A stretch of DNA of 64,000 nt from an uncultured beta proteobacterium (GTDB lineage: Bacteria > Pseudomonadota > Gammaproteobacteria > Burkholderiales > Casimicrobiaceae). Under the pieces are notes generated by a model. The model was not told the origin of the DNA. It searched no databases and saw only the letters and a program-made list of their open reading frames with translations. Of this stretch, positions 31,077 to 40,575 are shown in pieces (the stretch's first letter is position 1; every line of letters begins with the position of its first letter). A program made the translations under genes and the position numbers. Where the stretch lies: assembly GCA_963726935.1 (NCBI GenBank), contig CAVSEH010000009.1, positions 65,156 to 129,155 on the forward strand. The letters are read 5' to 3'.

Positions 31077-32447
31077 GTGAAGATCCTGAACCCAGCGACC
31101 AACACCGTCGTTGCCGACGTCGTCAAAGACAGTGCCGCGGACGTGCGGACGAAGTATAGACGCGCTCGCGCGGCGCAGCCTGGTTGGGCGGCCGTGCCGC
31201 TGAAGCAGCGGCTCGAAGTGATCCACAAATTCCGCGACCGCATTACCGATCGACTTGAAGAACTCGCGCAAACGCTCACGCGCGAGGTGGGCAAGCCAAT
31301 AAAGCAGTCGCGCAACGAACTCAACGGCCTGCTCGGCCGCCTCGATTTTTTCCTGGCCGAGGCCGCGCACGTGCTGCGCGACGAGAAAGTCTTCGCGGAC
31401 ACAAAACAAAAGCTCGAGGAGCGGATTTCGCACGAGCCGCTGGGTGTCATCGCCAACATCTCGGCGTGGAACTATCCTTACTTCGTGGGCGGCAACGTGT
31501 TCGTGCCCGCGCTGCTCGCCGGCAATGCAGTGTTGTACAAGCCGTCGGAATTCGCGACGCTGACCGGCATGCATATCGCGGAAATGCTCGTCGCGTCAGG
31601 TGTTCCCGACGATGTCTTCATCCCGGTCATCGGTGGCGGCAAGACAGGGGCCGCGCTGCTCGATCAGCCGGTCGATGGCGTCTTCTTCACCGGCTCGTAC
31701 GCGACCGGTGCCAGCATCGGCGCCAAGGCCGGCCGCAAGATGATCAAGGTACAGCTGGAGCTCGGCGGCAAGGACCCGGTCTATGTGTGCGACGACGTCG
31801 ACGTGGCTACCGCTGCCGCCGGTATCGCCGACGGCGCGTTCTACAACACCGGCCAATCGTGTTGCTCGGTCGAACGGATTTACGTGCACGAGAAGATCCA
31901 CGACGCCTTCGTCAAGGCGTTCGTCACCGAGGTCAAGGGGTACAAGATGGGCGAGCCCGGGGACGAATCGACGTACATCGGCGCGATCACGCGACGTCCC
32001 CAGCTCGACGTCCTGAGGAAGCAGGTTGCGGACGCCAAGAAACGCGGCGCCAAACTGCTGACCGGCGGCAACGTCGTACAGCGAAAAGGCAACTGGTTCG
32101 AGCCGACGGTGTTCGTCGACGTCAATCACAAGATGGCGCTGATGAAGGACGAAAGCTTCGGCCCCATCATCGGCATTCAGAAAGTCAGGGACGACGCCGA
32201 GGCGGTCGCACTGATGAACGACAGCGAATATGGGCTGACCGCGGGCGTGTATACCCCGAACCAGAAACGGGCGCGCAAGATTCTCGCGCAGGTGCATTCC
32301 GGCTCGGTCTACTGGAACTGCTGCGACCGGGTCAGCCCGCGGCTGCCGTGGTCCGGCGTGGGCCATTCGGGCATCGGCCTGACCCTCTCGACCTACGGCA
32401 TCGCGACGTTCACGCGGCCGAAGGCGTGGCACCTCAGGGCAACGTAG
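31077..32447 (+). CDS. NAD(P)-dependent aldehyde dehydrogenase
   Basis: 456 aa (GTG start). ELGGKDP, catalytic Cys context NTGQSCCSVERIYV, and EPTVF. Confidence 0.85.
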   Translation: MKILNPATNTVVADVVKDSAADVRTKYRRARAAQPGWAAVPLKQRLEVIHKFRDRITDRLEELAQTLTREVGKPIKQSRNELNGLLGRLDFFLAEAAHVLRDEKVFADTKQKLEERISHEPLGVIANISAWNYPYFVGGNVFVPALLAGNAVLYKPSEFATLTGMHIAEMLVASGVPDDVFIPVIGGGKTGAALLDQPVDGVFFTGSYATGASIGAKAGRKMIKVQLELGGKDPVYVCDDVDVATAAAGIADGAFYNTGQSCCSVERIYVHEKIHDAFVKAFVTEVKGYKMGEPGDESTYIGAITRRPQLDVLRKQVADAKKRGAKLLTGGNVVQRKGNWFEPTVFVDVNHKMALMKDESFGPIIGIQKVRDDAEAVALMNDSEYGLTAGVYTPNQKRARKILAQVHSGSVYWNCCDRVSPRLPWSGVGHSGIGLTLSTYGIATFTRPKAWHLRAT

Positions 32448-32460
32448 CGTCCTGCAACCT

Positions 32461-32492
32461 GCGACCGATCGGCTCTTGTTCGATCAGGTCGC
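32461..32492. terminator. GC-rich hairpin between convergent genes; possible bidirectional terminator
   Basis: GCGACCGATC...GATC(A)GGTCGC: a 10-bp stem with one bulge and an 11-nt loop. No clear U-tract on either side, so this is weak. Confidence 0.25.
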
Positions 32493-32535
32493 CGGCGCAG
32501 GGTTGTCCACGTTTACGCGTCGCCCAAGGTTCGCC

Positions 32536-33426
32536 TCAAGCCTTCTGGCCAATTTCAAAATTGGCCATCATCTCCAATGCACGGACCATCGCGGAGTGAT
32601 CCCATGCCTTGCCGCCGTGCGCCGCGCAGGCATTGAACAACTCTTGCGCCGTGGCGGTGTTGGGAAGCGAGATCCCTGCCGCCCGTGCGCTGGACAGTGC
32701 GAGACTCAGATCCTTTTGGTGCAACTCGATGCGAAACCCCGGATCGAAGGTGCGCTTGATCATGCGCTCGCCATGCACTTCCAGGATGCGCGACGACGCA
32801 AACCCCCCCATCAGCGCCTGCCGGACTTTTGCCGGGTCCGCACCCATCTTGGATGCGAAGAGAAGCGCTTCGCCGACCGCCTCGATGTTGAGCGCGACGA
32901 TGATCTGGTTCGCGACCTTGCACGTCTGACCGTCCCCATTGGCGCCGACCAGCGTCACGTTCTTGCCCATCAGCGCGAATAGCGGCTTCACTTTCTCGAA
33001 CGCGGCTTCGGTTCCGCCTACCATGATGGTCAGGCTGGCCGCTTTGGCACCGACCTCGCCGCCGGAAACCGGCGCATCGAGATACTCACAGCCCAGCGCG
33101 TTGATCTTCTGCGCGAACACCTTGGTCTCGACCGGAGATATCGAACTCATGTCGACGACGATCTTGCCGGGCGAAAGTCCCGCGGCCACGCCATTCGGGT
33201 CGAACAGCGCCGCCGCAACATGGGGCGTGTCCGGCACCATGATGATGATGACATCGGCTCGCTCTGCAACTTCCTTGCCTGATGTGCAGGCCGTGCCGCC
33301 GGCCTGGACGAGGGAAGGGGGAACGCTCGGAATGCTGAACAGCGACAACTCGTGTCCGGCCTTGATGAGATGCTCGGCCATGGGGGTGCCCATGATGCCG
33401 AGACCGACGAAACCGATTTTGCTCAT
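32536..33426 (-). CDS. garR: 2-hydroxy-3-oxopropionate (tartronate semialdehyde) reductase
   Basis: 296 aa. GFVGLGIMGTPMA, DAPVSGGEVGA, GDGQTCKVANQ. Located in the glucarate locus. Confidence 0.85.
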   Translation of the reverse strand: MSKIGFVGLGIMGTPMAEHLIKAGHELSLFSIPSVPPSLVQAGGTACTSGKEVAERADVIIIMVPDTPHVAAALFDPNGVAAGLSPGKIVVDMSSISPVETKVFAQKINALGCEYLDAPVSGGEVGAKAASLTIMVGGTEAAFEKVKPLFALMGKNVTLVGANGDGQTCKVANQIIVALNIEAVGEALLFASKMGADPAKVRQALMGGFASSRILEVHGERMIKRTFDPGFRIELHQKDLSLALSSARAAGISLPNTATAQELFNACAAHGGKAWDHSAMVRALEMMANFEIGQKA

Positions 33427-33471
33427 TGTTTGTCTCCAGCGATTGGAAGAGTGGATGGGTGCAGCTGGCGT

Positions 33472-33804
33472 TCAAGCTGAGGCGTATTTGTCACGCAGCC
33501 CCTGTGTTGCCGCGCGGAACAGTCCGAGGTCGCTGCCCACGGCAACGAAGGTAGCGCCCCATTCGAGATAGCGGCGGGCGTCGGCTTCGACCGGTGCCAG
33601 GATGCCGCTTGGCTTTCGCGCCGCAGCGACGCGCGCGAAGACGTGGCGGATCGCCTCCTCGCGGCGAAATTGATTCGGAATAGCGTTATAGGGTTGCACA
33701 GGCATCGTCATTCCTCCATTGCTGCGGTTGGCTCGGCGGTGGCGCCGTATTCGGATTTCGGTGTGCTCTCGCTTCCCGCGAGAACTATCGGACCAGACGG
33801 CCAC
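33472..33804 (-). pseudogene. garL: Remnant of 2-dehydro-3-deoxyglucarate aldolase (GarL/HpcH family); only about the last 75 residues survive
   Basis: The ORF ends ...[55 protein letters not shown]. This matches the conserved GarL C-terminus as I recall it from E. coli. There is no room for the ~180 N-terminal residues before gudD, whose stop is at 33808. Confidence 0.7.
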
Positions 33805-33807
33805 GTG

Positions 33808-35196
33808 TCAACGGCCGAGGCTAGGTTTCTTCGGGTCGTACTTCCAGCCCGGCACAAGGAATTGCATGGCCATGGCATCGTCGCGCGCACCCTTGGCCAC
33901 CCGCTTGTACAGTTCATGCGCCTTTTCCACCTGGGCCATGTCGATGTCGATACCCAGGCCACCCTCATCAGGAACCGCTACCTCACCGCCGACAATCTTC
34001 AGCGGCTCGACGGTGAGACGTTCTTGACCTTCCTGCCAGATCCAGTGCGTGTCGATCGCGGTAATGTCGCCAGGCGCGGCCGCGGCTACATGCGTGAACA
34101 TCGCGAGCGAGATATCGAAATGGTTGTTGGAGTGTGAACCCCAGGTCAGTCCAAACTCGTGACACAGCTGTGCCACCCGCACCGAGCCCTGCATGGTCCA
34201 GAAATGCGGATCCGCCAGCGGAATGTCGACGGCCTGCAGGCTGAGCGAGTGGTTAAGCTGGCGCCAGTCCGTGGCCACCATGTTGGTGGCCGTCCGAATG
34301 CCGGTAGCGCGCTTGAACTCGGCCATGATTTCGCGACCGGAGTAGCCATTTTCCGGACCGCAGGGGTCCTCGGCGTACGAGAGGATGTCGCCGCGCCCCT
34401 TGCACAGACCGATGGCTTCGTCGAGCAACCATGCGCCGTTAGGATCCAGGGTGACGCCCGCCGTCGGAAAGCGGGCCTTGAGAGCCGCCACCGCGTCCAT
34501 TTCGCGAACTCCCGACATCACGCCGCCCTTCAGCTTGAAATCGTTGAATCCGTAGAGCGCACTGGCGGCCTCCGCCTGCCGGACGATGCCTTCCGGCGTG
34601 ACCGCTTCCTCGTTCCGCACGCGGTACCAGTGATCCTTGCTGCCCGACCCGGCCTGGTAGGGCAAATCGGTCTGGGTGCGGTCTCCGACGTAGAACAGGT
34701 AGCCCAGCATGCGTGCCGCCTTGCGATGCTGGCCTGTGCCGAGCAGTGCGGCGACGGGCACCCCGAGAAACTGGCCCAGTAGATCGAGTAGTGCGGACTC
34801 GATGGCGGTGAGGACGTTATCGGTGCGCAAGTTGATCTCATGCGGCTGTTTCAGCACTGCGGCTTCGCTGGCCGACGTGACCTTGTGCGCGGTGGCTTCG
34901 TGCGCCGACCTGCCCTGATGGAGCAATCCATGCCGCACGGAGTTGAGGATGTTGTTGTAGAGTCCGACGGACTGACCGACGACCAGCGGGACCGCCGCTT
35001 CGAGCGTCTGGCGGATGCCCTCCCCGCCCGGCACCTCGCCGAGACCGGTGTTGCCGAGACTGTCCTTGAGAATCACGATGTTACGCGTGAAATAGGGCGC
35101 ATGCGCACCACACAGGTTGAGCAGCATGCTGTCGTAGCCGGCCACGGGGATGACCTGCATGCCCGTGACGACCGGTGTTGTCGATTGACCCTTCAT
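33808..35196 (-). CDS. gudD: Glucarate dehydratase
   Basis: 462 aa. Enolase-superfamily GudD-like sequence ([61 protein letters not shown]). Confidence 0.9.
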   Translation of the reverse strand: MKGQSTTPVVTGMQVIPVAGYDSMLLNLCGAHAPYFTRNIVILKDSLGNTGLGEVPGGEGIRQTLEAAVPLVVGQSVGLYNNILNSVRHGLLHQGRSAHEATAHKVTSASEAAVLKQPHEINLRTDNVLTAIESALLDLLGQFLGVPVAALLGTGQHRKAARMLGYLFYVGDRTQTDLPYQAGSGSKDHWYRVRNEEAVTPEGIVRQAEAASALYGFNDFKLKGGVMSGVREMDAVAALKARFPTAGVTLDPNGAWLLDEAIGLCKGRGDILSYAEDPCGPENGYSGREIMAEFKRATGIRTATNMVATDWRQLNHSLSLQAVDIPLADPHFWTMQGSVRVAQLCHEFGLTWGSHSNNHFDISLAMFTHVAAAAPGDITAIDTHWIWQEGQERLTVEPLKIVGGEVAVPDEGGLGIDIDMAQVEKAHELYKRVAKGARDDAMAMQFLVPGWKYDPKKPSLGR

Positions 35197-35267
35197 CTCG
35201 CTCCTCTCGCACTGTTATTTGATTGCAAATGTGCGCGGCCCGATCGGCCGCGCAGCGCTTCGACGCA

Positions 35268-36664
35268 TCACTTCAGAACCATGCGCTCGATCTTGCCGAC
35301 GACGAACAGGTAGCAGATCATCGCGACAAAGGCGTGGATGACGACATACACCAGTGCGCCGTTGAAGGAGCCGGTGGACTGGATGATGTAGCCGATCGCA
35401 ATCGGCGTCGTGATGCTGGACAGATTGCCACAGACGTTCAGAACGCTTCCACTCAGCCCGGCGATTTGCTTCGGCGCCGTATCTGAGTTAACGGCCCATC
35501 CGAGCGCGCCGACCCCCTTGCCGAAAAACGCCAACGCCATGAAGAAGATCACCGCGGATTCGGCGGAAACATAGTTGCAGATCACCATGGTCATCGACAG
35601 CAGCATCCCCGCCACGATCGGCGTCTTGCGGGCGGCGGTCAGCGAAAAGCCGCGTCGCAGCATGAAGTCGGAGATGATGCCGCCCAGCACGCCACCGACA
35701 AATCCGCAGACGGCCGGAATTGCGGCCACGAAACCGGCCTTGAGAATCGTCATGTGCTTTTCCTGCACCAGGTAGACCGGAAACCAGGTGATGAAGAAGT
35801 ACGTCAGCGCGTTGATGCAGTACTGAGCGATGTAGATGCCGACCAGCATCCGGCTCGACAGCAACTGCTTGATGTAGGCGAGATTGGGGCCTTCCTGCTT
35901 GGTCCCGCCTTTCAACCCCTGGTCCATGCTGACCAGGCCGCCACCTTTTTCGATGTAGTCGACTTCGGCTTCGTTGGTGAGCGGGTGATCCTTCGGGTCG
36001 TAGATCAGCTTGTTCCAGACCAGCACGAACAGCATACCGAGCACGCCCATGACAGCGAACACCCAGTGCCAGCCGAAGGAATGAATGAGCCAGCCCATGA
36101 GCGGCGCGAACACGACGGTCGCCGCGTACTGGGCCGAGTTGAAGATGGCCGCAGCGGTGCCGCGCTCATTGGCCGGAAACCATGCGGCCACGATGCGACT
36201 GTTGGCCGGGAAAGACGGGGCTTCGGAAGCGCCGACAAGGAACCGTAGCGAGAAGAGGATGATGACGGCGGTCAGTCCCACGAAGAAGCCGACCGCACCC
36301 ACCAGAGCGTGAACAGCGACCAGAAGAAAATGCTGAACGCGTAGACCTTCTTCGACCCGAACTTGTCGAGCAACCAGCCGCCGGGCAGCTGGAAGATCAC
36401 GTAGGCCCAGCCGAAGGCCGAGAAGATGTAGCCCATCGTAACCGCGTCGAAATTCAGCTCTTTCGCCATCGCCGGTCCGGCCAGGGAAATCGTGGCCCGA
36501 TCCGCGTAATTGATGATGGTGATGAAGAACAGGACCGCGACCACGATCCAGCGGACGTTGGTCTTCTTTGCGCCCGCCGCAAGCGCACTCGAATTCACTG
36601 CCATTGCACTGCTTTGCATGGTTGTCCTCACTTGGGAGAATGAACTGGAATCCGGGGTGGCCAA
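35268..36664 (-). pseudogene. gudP: MFS glucarate/galactarate-type transporter with one frame switch
   Basis: The N-terminal ~125 aa are in ORF 36272..36664 (ADRATISLAGPAMAKEL, GWLLDKFGSKK). The remainder is in ORF 35268..36302. The junction ...FWSLFT|ALVGAVGFFVG lies near 36300-36312 and looks like a 1-nt deletion. Confidence 0.75.
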
Positions 36665-36781
36665 TGACTGGCGTCAGGGTCGGGTAGTCAGGTGGTTCAC
36701 GGATCCTCCTATCGATCGCTTCGAGAGCAGCCGCTTGTCGCGGTCATCAGTTTTTCCGATCGATGTCATTGTCAGCTTGGA

Positions 36782-36819
36782 TTGATGCATAATCAAACCA
36801 ATCACTGACACGATTGATT
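36782..36819. promoter_or_regulatory. Two LysR-type dyads (TGAT-N5-ATCA, i.e. T-N11-A, and AATCA-N10-TGATT) in the divergent gudP/LysR intergenic region
   Basis: TTGATGCATAATCAA at 36782-36796, and AATCA...TGATT at 36800-36819. Both lie in an AT-richer patch just upstream of the LysR start. Confidence 0.45.
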
Positions 36820-36832
36820 CAGGAGTTGAATC

Positions 36833-37726
36833 ATGCTTGAAATCAGTCAGCTTCGTTGCTTCGTTGCTGTCGGGGACGAGCTTCACTTCGGCCGCGCCGC
36901 GGAGCGGCTGAACATGACCCAGCCGCCCCTCAGCCGGCAGATCCGGCTGCTGGAACATCAGGTCGGCACGCCGCTATTGGAACGAACGAGCCGCGTGGTG
37001 CGTTTCACCGCCGCCGGCAAAGCGTTCTTTCCCGAGGCCACGCGAATCCTGCGGCTCGCGGAAGAGGCGGCCACGACGGCGCGCCGCATAGCGACGGGAG
37101 AGAAGGGGTCGATTGCGATCGGCTTTACCTCGGCATTCGGTTACGGCCTGCTGCCCGGGATGGTGCGGAAGCTGCACGAGCTGGTGCCAAACATCACACT
37201 GATGCTGAAGGAGATGGTGACCAGCGAGCAGCTCGAGGCGCTGGAGACTGGCCAGCTGGACGTGGGACTGATGCGCCCCCATTCTCCGCACGGCGGTCTG
37301 GAAACGGTGTTGCTGGGGCGCGAGGCACTGATGCTCGCCATTCCGGAGTCACAGTCGAAGAGTTGGCCAAAAGAGCCGACGCTATCGTGCCTTCATGGGA
37401 AGCCGTTCATGACGTACTCGCCCTATGAAGCGAGCTACTTCTACCAGCTAGTGCAGTCGTGCCTCGATCGCGAAGGCGTGCAGCCGGACATCGTCGACTA
37501 TGTTCCGCAGATCCACACCATGCTCGCGCTCGTCGATTCCGGCATCGGCGTGGCGCTCATTCCTGAAACTGCCTCGCGCCTGCACTTCGAAGGCGTGCTG
37601 CTGCGTCGCATGGCCACGAAGCCGCTGCGCCCGGTCGAAATGGTCTTCTGCTATCGCAAGGACAACGACAATCCCATCCTGAAGATGTTTCGGCGCGAAG
37701 TGCTGGAGACACTTGCCAAGCAATAG
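36833..37726 (+). CDS. LysR-family transcriptional regulator
   Basis: 297 aa. N-terminal wHTH LRCFVAVGDELHFGRAAERLNMTQPPLSRQIRLLE, followed by a LysR substrate-binding domain. Confidence 0.9.
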   Translation: MLEISQLRCFVAVGDELHFGRAAERLNMTQPPLSRQIRLLEHQVGTPLLERTSRVVRFTAAGKAFFPEATRILRLAEEAATTARRIATGEKGSIAIGFTSAFGYGLLPGMVRKLHELVPNITLMLKEMVTSEQLEALETGQLDVGLMRPHSPHGGLETVLLGREALMLAIPESQSKSWPKEPTLSCLHGKPFMTYSPYEASYFYQLVQSCLDREGVQPDIVDYVPQIHTMLALVDSGIGVALIPETASRLHFEGVLLRRMATKPLRPVEMVFCYRKDNDNPILKMFRREVLETLAKQ

Positions 37727-37801
37727 ACGGTCGGATCGATCCGCGCGAGCTGCCACGCAGAGCGGCCCACTTGGCTCGGCTGCCCGCGCGCGAACGACCC
37801 A

Positions 37802-38850
37802 TTACCGGCGGTTGCGACTGCGTATTACAGTTGCCGCAGCCACAAGGACGAGCCCGATCAACAGCACCAACGCCCACTCCGAGAGCGTCGGGATGGTGGT
37901 GCTGACGCTCGCGGCACCACTATTGACCACCTGATTGACCGTGGGCGATGTGCTGCCGGAGTTGTTTGCATCGCCGCCATAGACCGCGGTGATGGGATGC
38001 GTCCCGACGCCGAGCGTCGACGTGCTCAGCGTCGCGACTGCACCACTCAACGTGACGGCCGAACCGAGATTGCCGAGAACCGTCCTTGAACTGCACCGTC
38101 CCGGTCGGCGAGCTGCCGTTCACGGTCGCGGTAAAAGTTACTGTCTGGCCGAGGGTAGACGGATTCCTGCGACGAGACAAGATTGACCGTCGTCGTGCCC
38201 GGCCCTCCGGCAGCCGCCCAAGTACCGGAGGGTCCGCTAAAGGTGCTGCTGTTGTTGTCTGAACCCGGGCTGGAAGTACAAGTGTCTGCGGTGCCGTTGG
38301 TAATGCCGACGGTACTGCACCCCAGGTTGTTTATGCCGTCCACAGAGAAGTCGATCTCGAACTGGGAATATCGATCGGCGGCGGTATGTGGGTTGCTCCC
38401 GGTGATCCACGTTGCGAGCACGATGAACATGCCGCCATCGGGTACTCCCGAGCCATCGGTCGACGCGTCGAACGAGATGATCCACGAATTAGAATTGGCG
38501 CTCGAATAGGTGTTGATGCCGTCGTTGAAGCTGAACGAGGTCACCAGCGCGGCGATGTTGACGCTGGCGAGATTTGCCGCCAGCGGCGCGGCTGTCGTGA
38601 ACGAGCCCGTCACGCTCATCCCCGTCGTGTAGTTCGCACAGGTTCCGACGGTACACGGGGCCGTGAAGGGTACTGTGGTCGTGTAATTGCCCCCGGTATA
38701 CGTATACGTTGCGGCCAAAGCAGGCCACGCAAGGCCAGCGAGGAGCAGACACAGGATGGCGGAGCAACCTGTGTTTCTGCTCCGTACGGCGCAGGATAGC
38801 CAACGGGCCACGCGTGCCCACGACGAGTTGTCTGCCGCCCGAGATGACAT
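37802..38850 (-). pseudogene. Exported Ig-like-domain protein with IPTL-CTERM sorting signal; two frame switches
   Basis: Spread over three minus-strand frames: a signal peptide and novel N-terminal domain (ORF 38047..38850); an Ig-like repeat STLGQTVTFTATVNGSSPTGTVQFKDG (ORF 37920..38180); then ...THPITAVYGGDANNSGSTS...TTIPTLSEWALVLLIGLVLVAAATVIRSRNRR (ORF 37802..38050). The switches are near 38166 and 38078. Confidence 0.75.
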
Positions 38851-39083
38851 AGTGGTCTCCCTTTTTCGTCTGTTCGAAACCGATGTCGAATCGCTCGCAG
38901 ATCCACGAGGTGCCGTGCTTTAACAGCCAGCACGCTCGAGGTGGATGCAATCAAAAATACACGCCGCTAGGTTTGTTAATGGTCCCCGCGCCGGTTTGTT
39001 CCTAGCGAGGCGTGAACGGAGGACTGGGTGCAAATATTGGGTGGGTTAGCTTACAAATTGCTTTCAAGACAACGCAAATAAAT

Positions 39084-39112
39084 GGACACGGCCGGCTTGC
39101 GCCGGCGTGTCC
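39084..39112 (-). terminator. Strong GC hairpin (12 bp, one bulge, GCAA tetraloop on the minus strand) followed by a T-rich tract; terminator/attenuator-like
   Basis: The plus strand reads GGACACGGCCGGC-TTGC-GCCGGCGTGTCC. On the minus strand the hairpin is followed by ATTTATTTGCGTTGTCTT. It lies in the 457-bp gap between divergent genes, upstream of the IPTL-CTERM gene. Confidence 0.4.
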
Positions 39113-39307
39113 CGGTGATCCGCGTCGCTTATCTGCGGTGCCAGAGGCGCAGCCGGAAAGCAGCAGAGAGCGCTCTGCTTGATCGTTATTGACATGCGGC
39201 ACCGGGGACGTCGAACACTTGCCGTGAATCGCCTTCACCTGGTATGCCTTGAGGGTAGAATCCCACCTACGCCCCTGAACGGCCCGCACCTGCTGCAGGA
39301 GGAGGTC

Positions 39308-40279
39308 ATGCCTGGCATACGCAGCATTCTGTGGCTGATCGTGCTGTGCGTCGCGGCAACCAGCGCATCGGTGCAAGGTCAAGCCTATCCGACCAGGCCC
39401 GTGCGACTTGTCGTCGGATTCACCCCCGGTGGAGGGGTGGACATCAATGCACGGTTGCTTGCGTCCAAGCTGTCCGAACTACTCGGCCAACCGGTGATCG
39501 TCGACAATCGTCCCGGGGCCGGAACCAACATCGCCAATGAATACGTGGCGAAAGCGGCCCCGGACGGCTACACCCTGTTGGTCAATGCTCCTGCGATAGC
39601 GATCAACATGGCGCTCTACAAGAATCTTCCGTACGACACGCTGCGCGATTTCGTGGCGGTCTCGATATTCTCGGAGAGCCCGAACATACTCGTGGTGAAC
39701 TCATCGTCGCCCGCGAAAAGCATGAGCGAGCTGATTGCGCTCGCACGCGCGAAGCCGGGGGTACTGAACTATTCGTCGGCGGGCACTGGAACGACGCAGC
39801 ACCTCGCGGGCGAGCTTTTGAATCTGCGCACGGGAACGAACATCGTGCACGTGCCGTACAAGGGAAGCGCACCCTCGCTCACCGCGTTGATCGCGGGCGA
39901 CGTGGACTTGAGCTTCGCCAACGTCCCCGCGATCTTGCAACACGTGAAATCGGGAAGGCTCCGTCCTCTTGCATCGACAGGTACCCGCCGGTCGGAGTCG
40001 ATGCCCGATGTGCCGACCATGCGGGAGGCCGGGTTGACCGGCGTCGAAATGACCGTGTGGTACGGCGTGCTCGCTCCCGCGGCGACACCGCGCGACATCG
40101 TCGATAAGCTGTCCGAAGCGATCATCAAGGCCGCGCATTCCCCGGACATCAGGCAGCGTCTGCTCGATCAAGGGGCGGAGCCGGTCGGCAACACGCCCGC
40201 AGAGTTCGATCGGGTCCTGCGCGAGGAGGTCGCGAAATGGGGCGAGGTGATCAGGACCTCCGGTATCCAGGTCGAGTGA
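39308..40279 (+). CDS. Bug-family (TctC-like) substrate-binding protein
   Basis: ATG 39308 inside ORF 39179..40279. Signal peptide, YPTRPVRLVVGFTPGGGVDINAR, NRPGAGTNIA, VPYKGSAPSLTALIAGDV. Confidence 0.9.
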   Translation: MPGIRSILWLIVLCVAATSASVQGQAYPTRPVRLVVGFTPGGGVDINARLLASKLSELLGQPVIVDNRPGAGTNIANEYVAKAAPDGYTLLVNAPAIAINMALYKNLPYDTLRDFVAVSIFSESPNILVVNSSSPAKSMSELIALARAKPGVLNYSSAGTGTTQHLAGELLNLRTGTNIVHVPYKGSAPSLTALIAGDVDLSFANVPAILQHVKSGRLRPLASTGTRRSESMPDVPTMREAGLTGVEMTVWYGVLAPAATPRDIVDKLSEAIIKAAHSPDIRQRLLDQGAEPVGNTPAEFDRVLREEVAKWGEVIRTSGIQVE

Positions 40280-40284
40280 GAACG

Positions 40285-40545
40285 TCAGTGCTCTTCGCGT
40301 CGCTGCGAGAAGCTCCGTTCGAACACTGCCTCGGCGATGCGGATTCGCCGCGTGTAGCCGTGCTTGCGTAGGAAGCGCAGTGATCGGGCGGTGCGCTTTG
40401 CTGCATCGCCCGATGCGCCGAGCAGCGCGATGCCGCGGGGAGCAAAAAGCGCTTGCGCCAGCTTCGCGTGGAGAATAGGCAACGCGCTCCCTTTTTCTCG
40501 ATCGAGTCGCGCTTCACGCTCCAGGCGCCACAGTCGCGCGATCAT
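40285..40545 (-). pseudogene. Possible N-terminal remnant of an ADP-forming acyl-CoA synthetase / CoA-binding-domain protein
   Basis: An 86-aa ORF contains LFAPRGIALLGASGDAAKRTARSLRFLRKHGYT. This resembles the start of the CoA-binding (succinyl-CoA-synthetase-like) domain of acetate--CoA ligase family proteins. Nothing follows it, as folD starts its 3' end 30 bp away. Confidence 0.35.
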
Positions 40546-40575
40546 CTCGCGCGAGCCGTCAGGTCAAATCACAGC

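Noticed and set aside
39002-39382. A 126-aa minus-strand ORF in the IPTL/Bug intergenic region.
   Set aside because: It overlaps the Bug gene start and the promoter region. It has odd composition, no ribosome-binding context that I could see and no family resemblance. The region is better explained as regulatory or non-coding.
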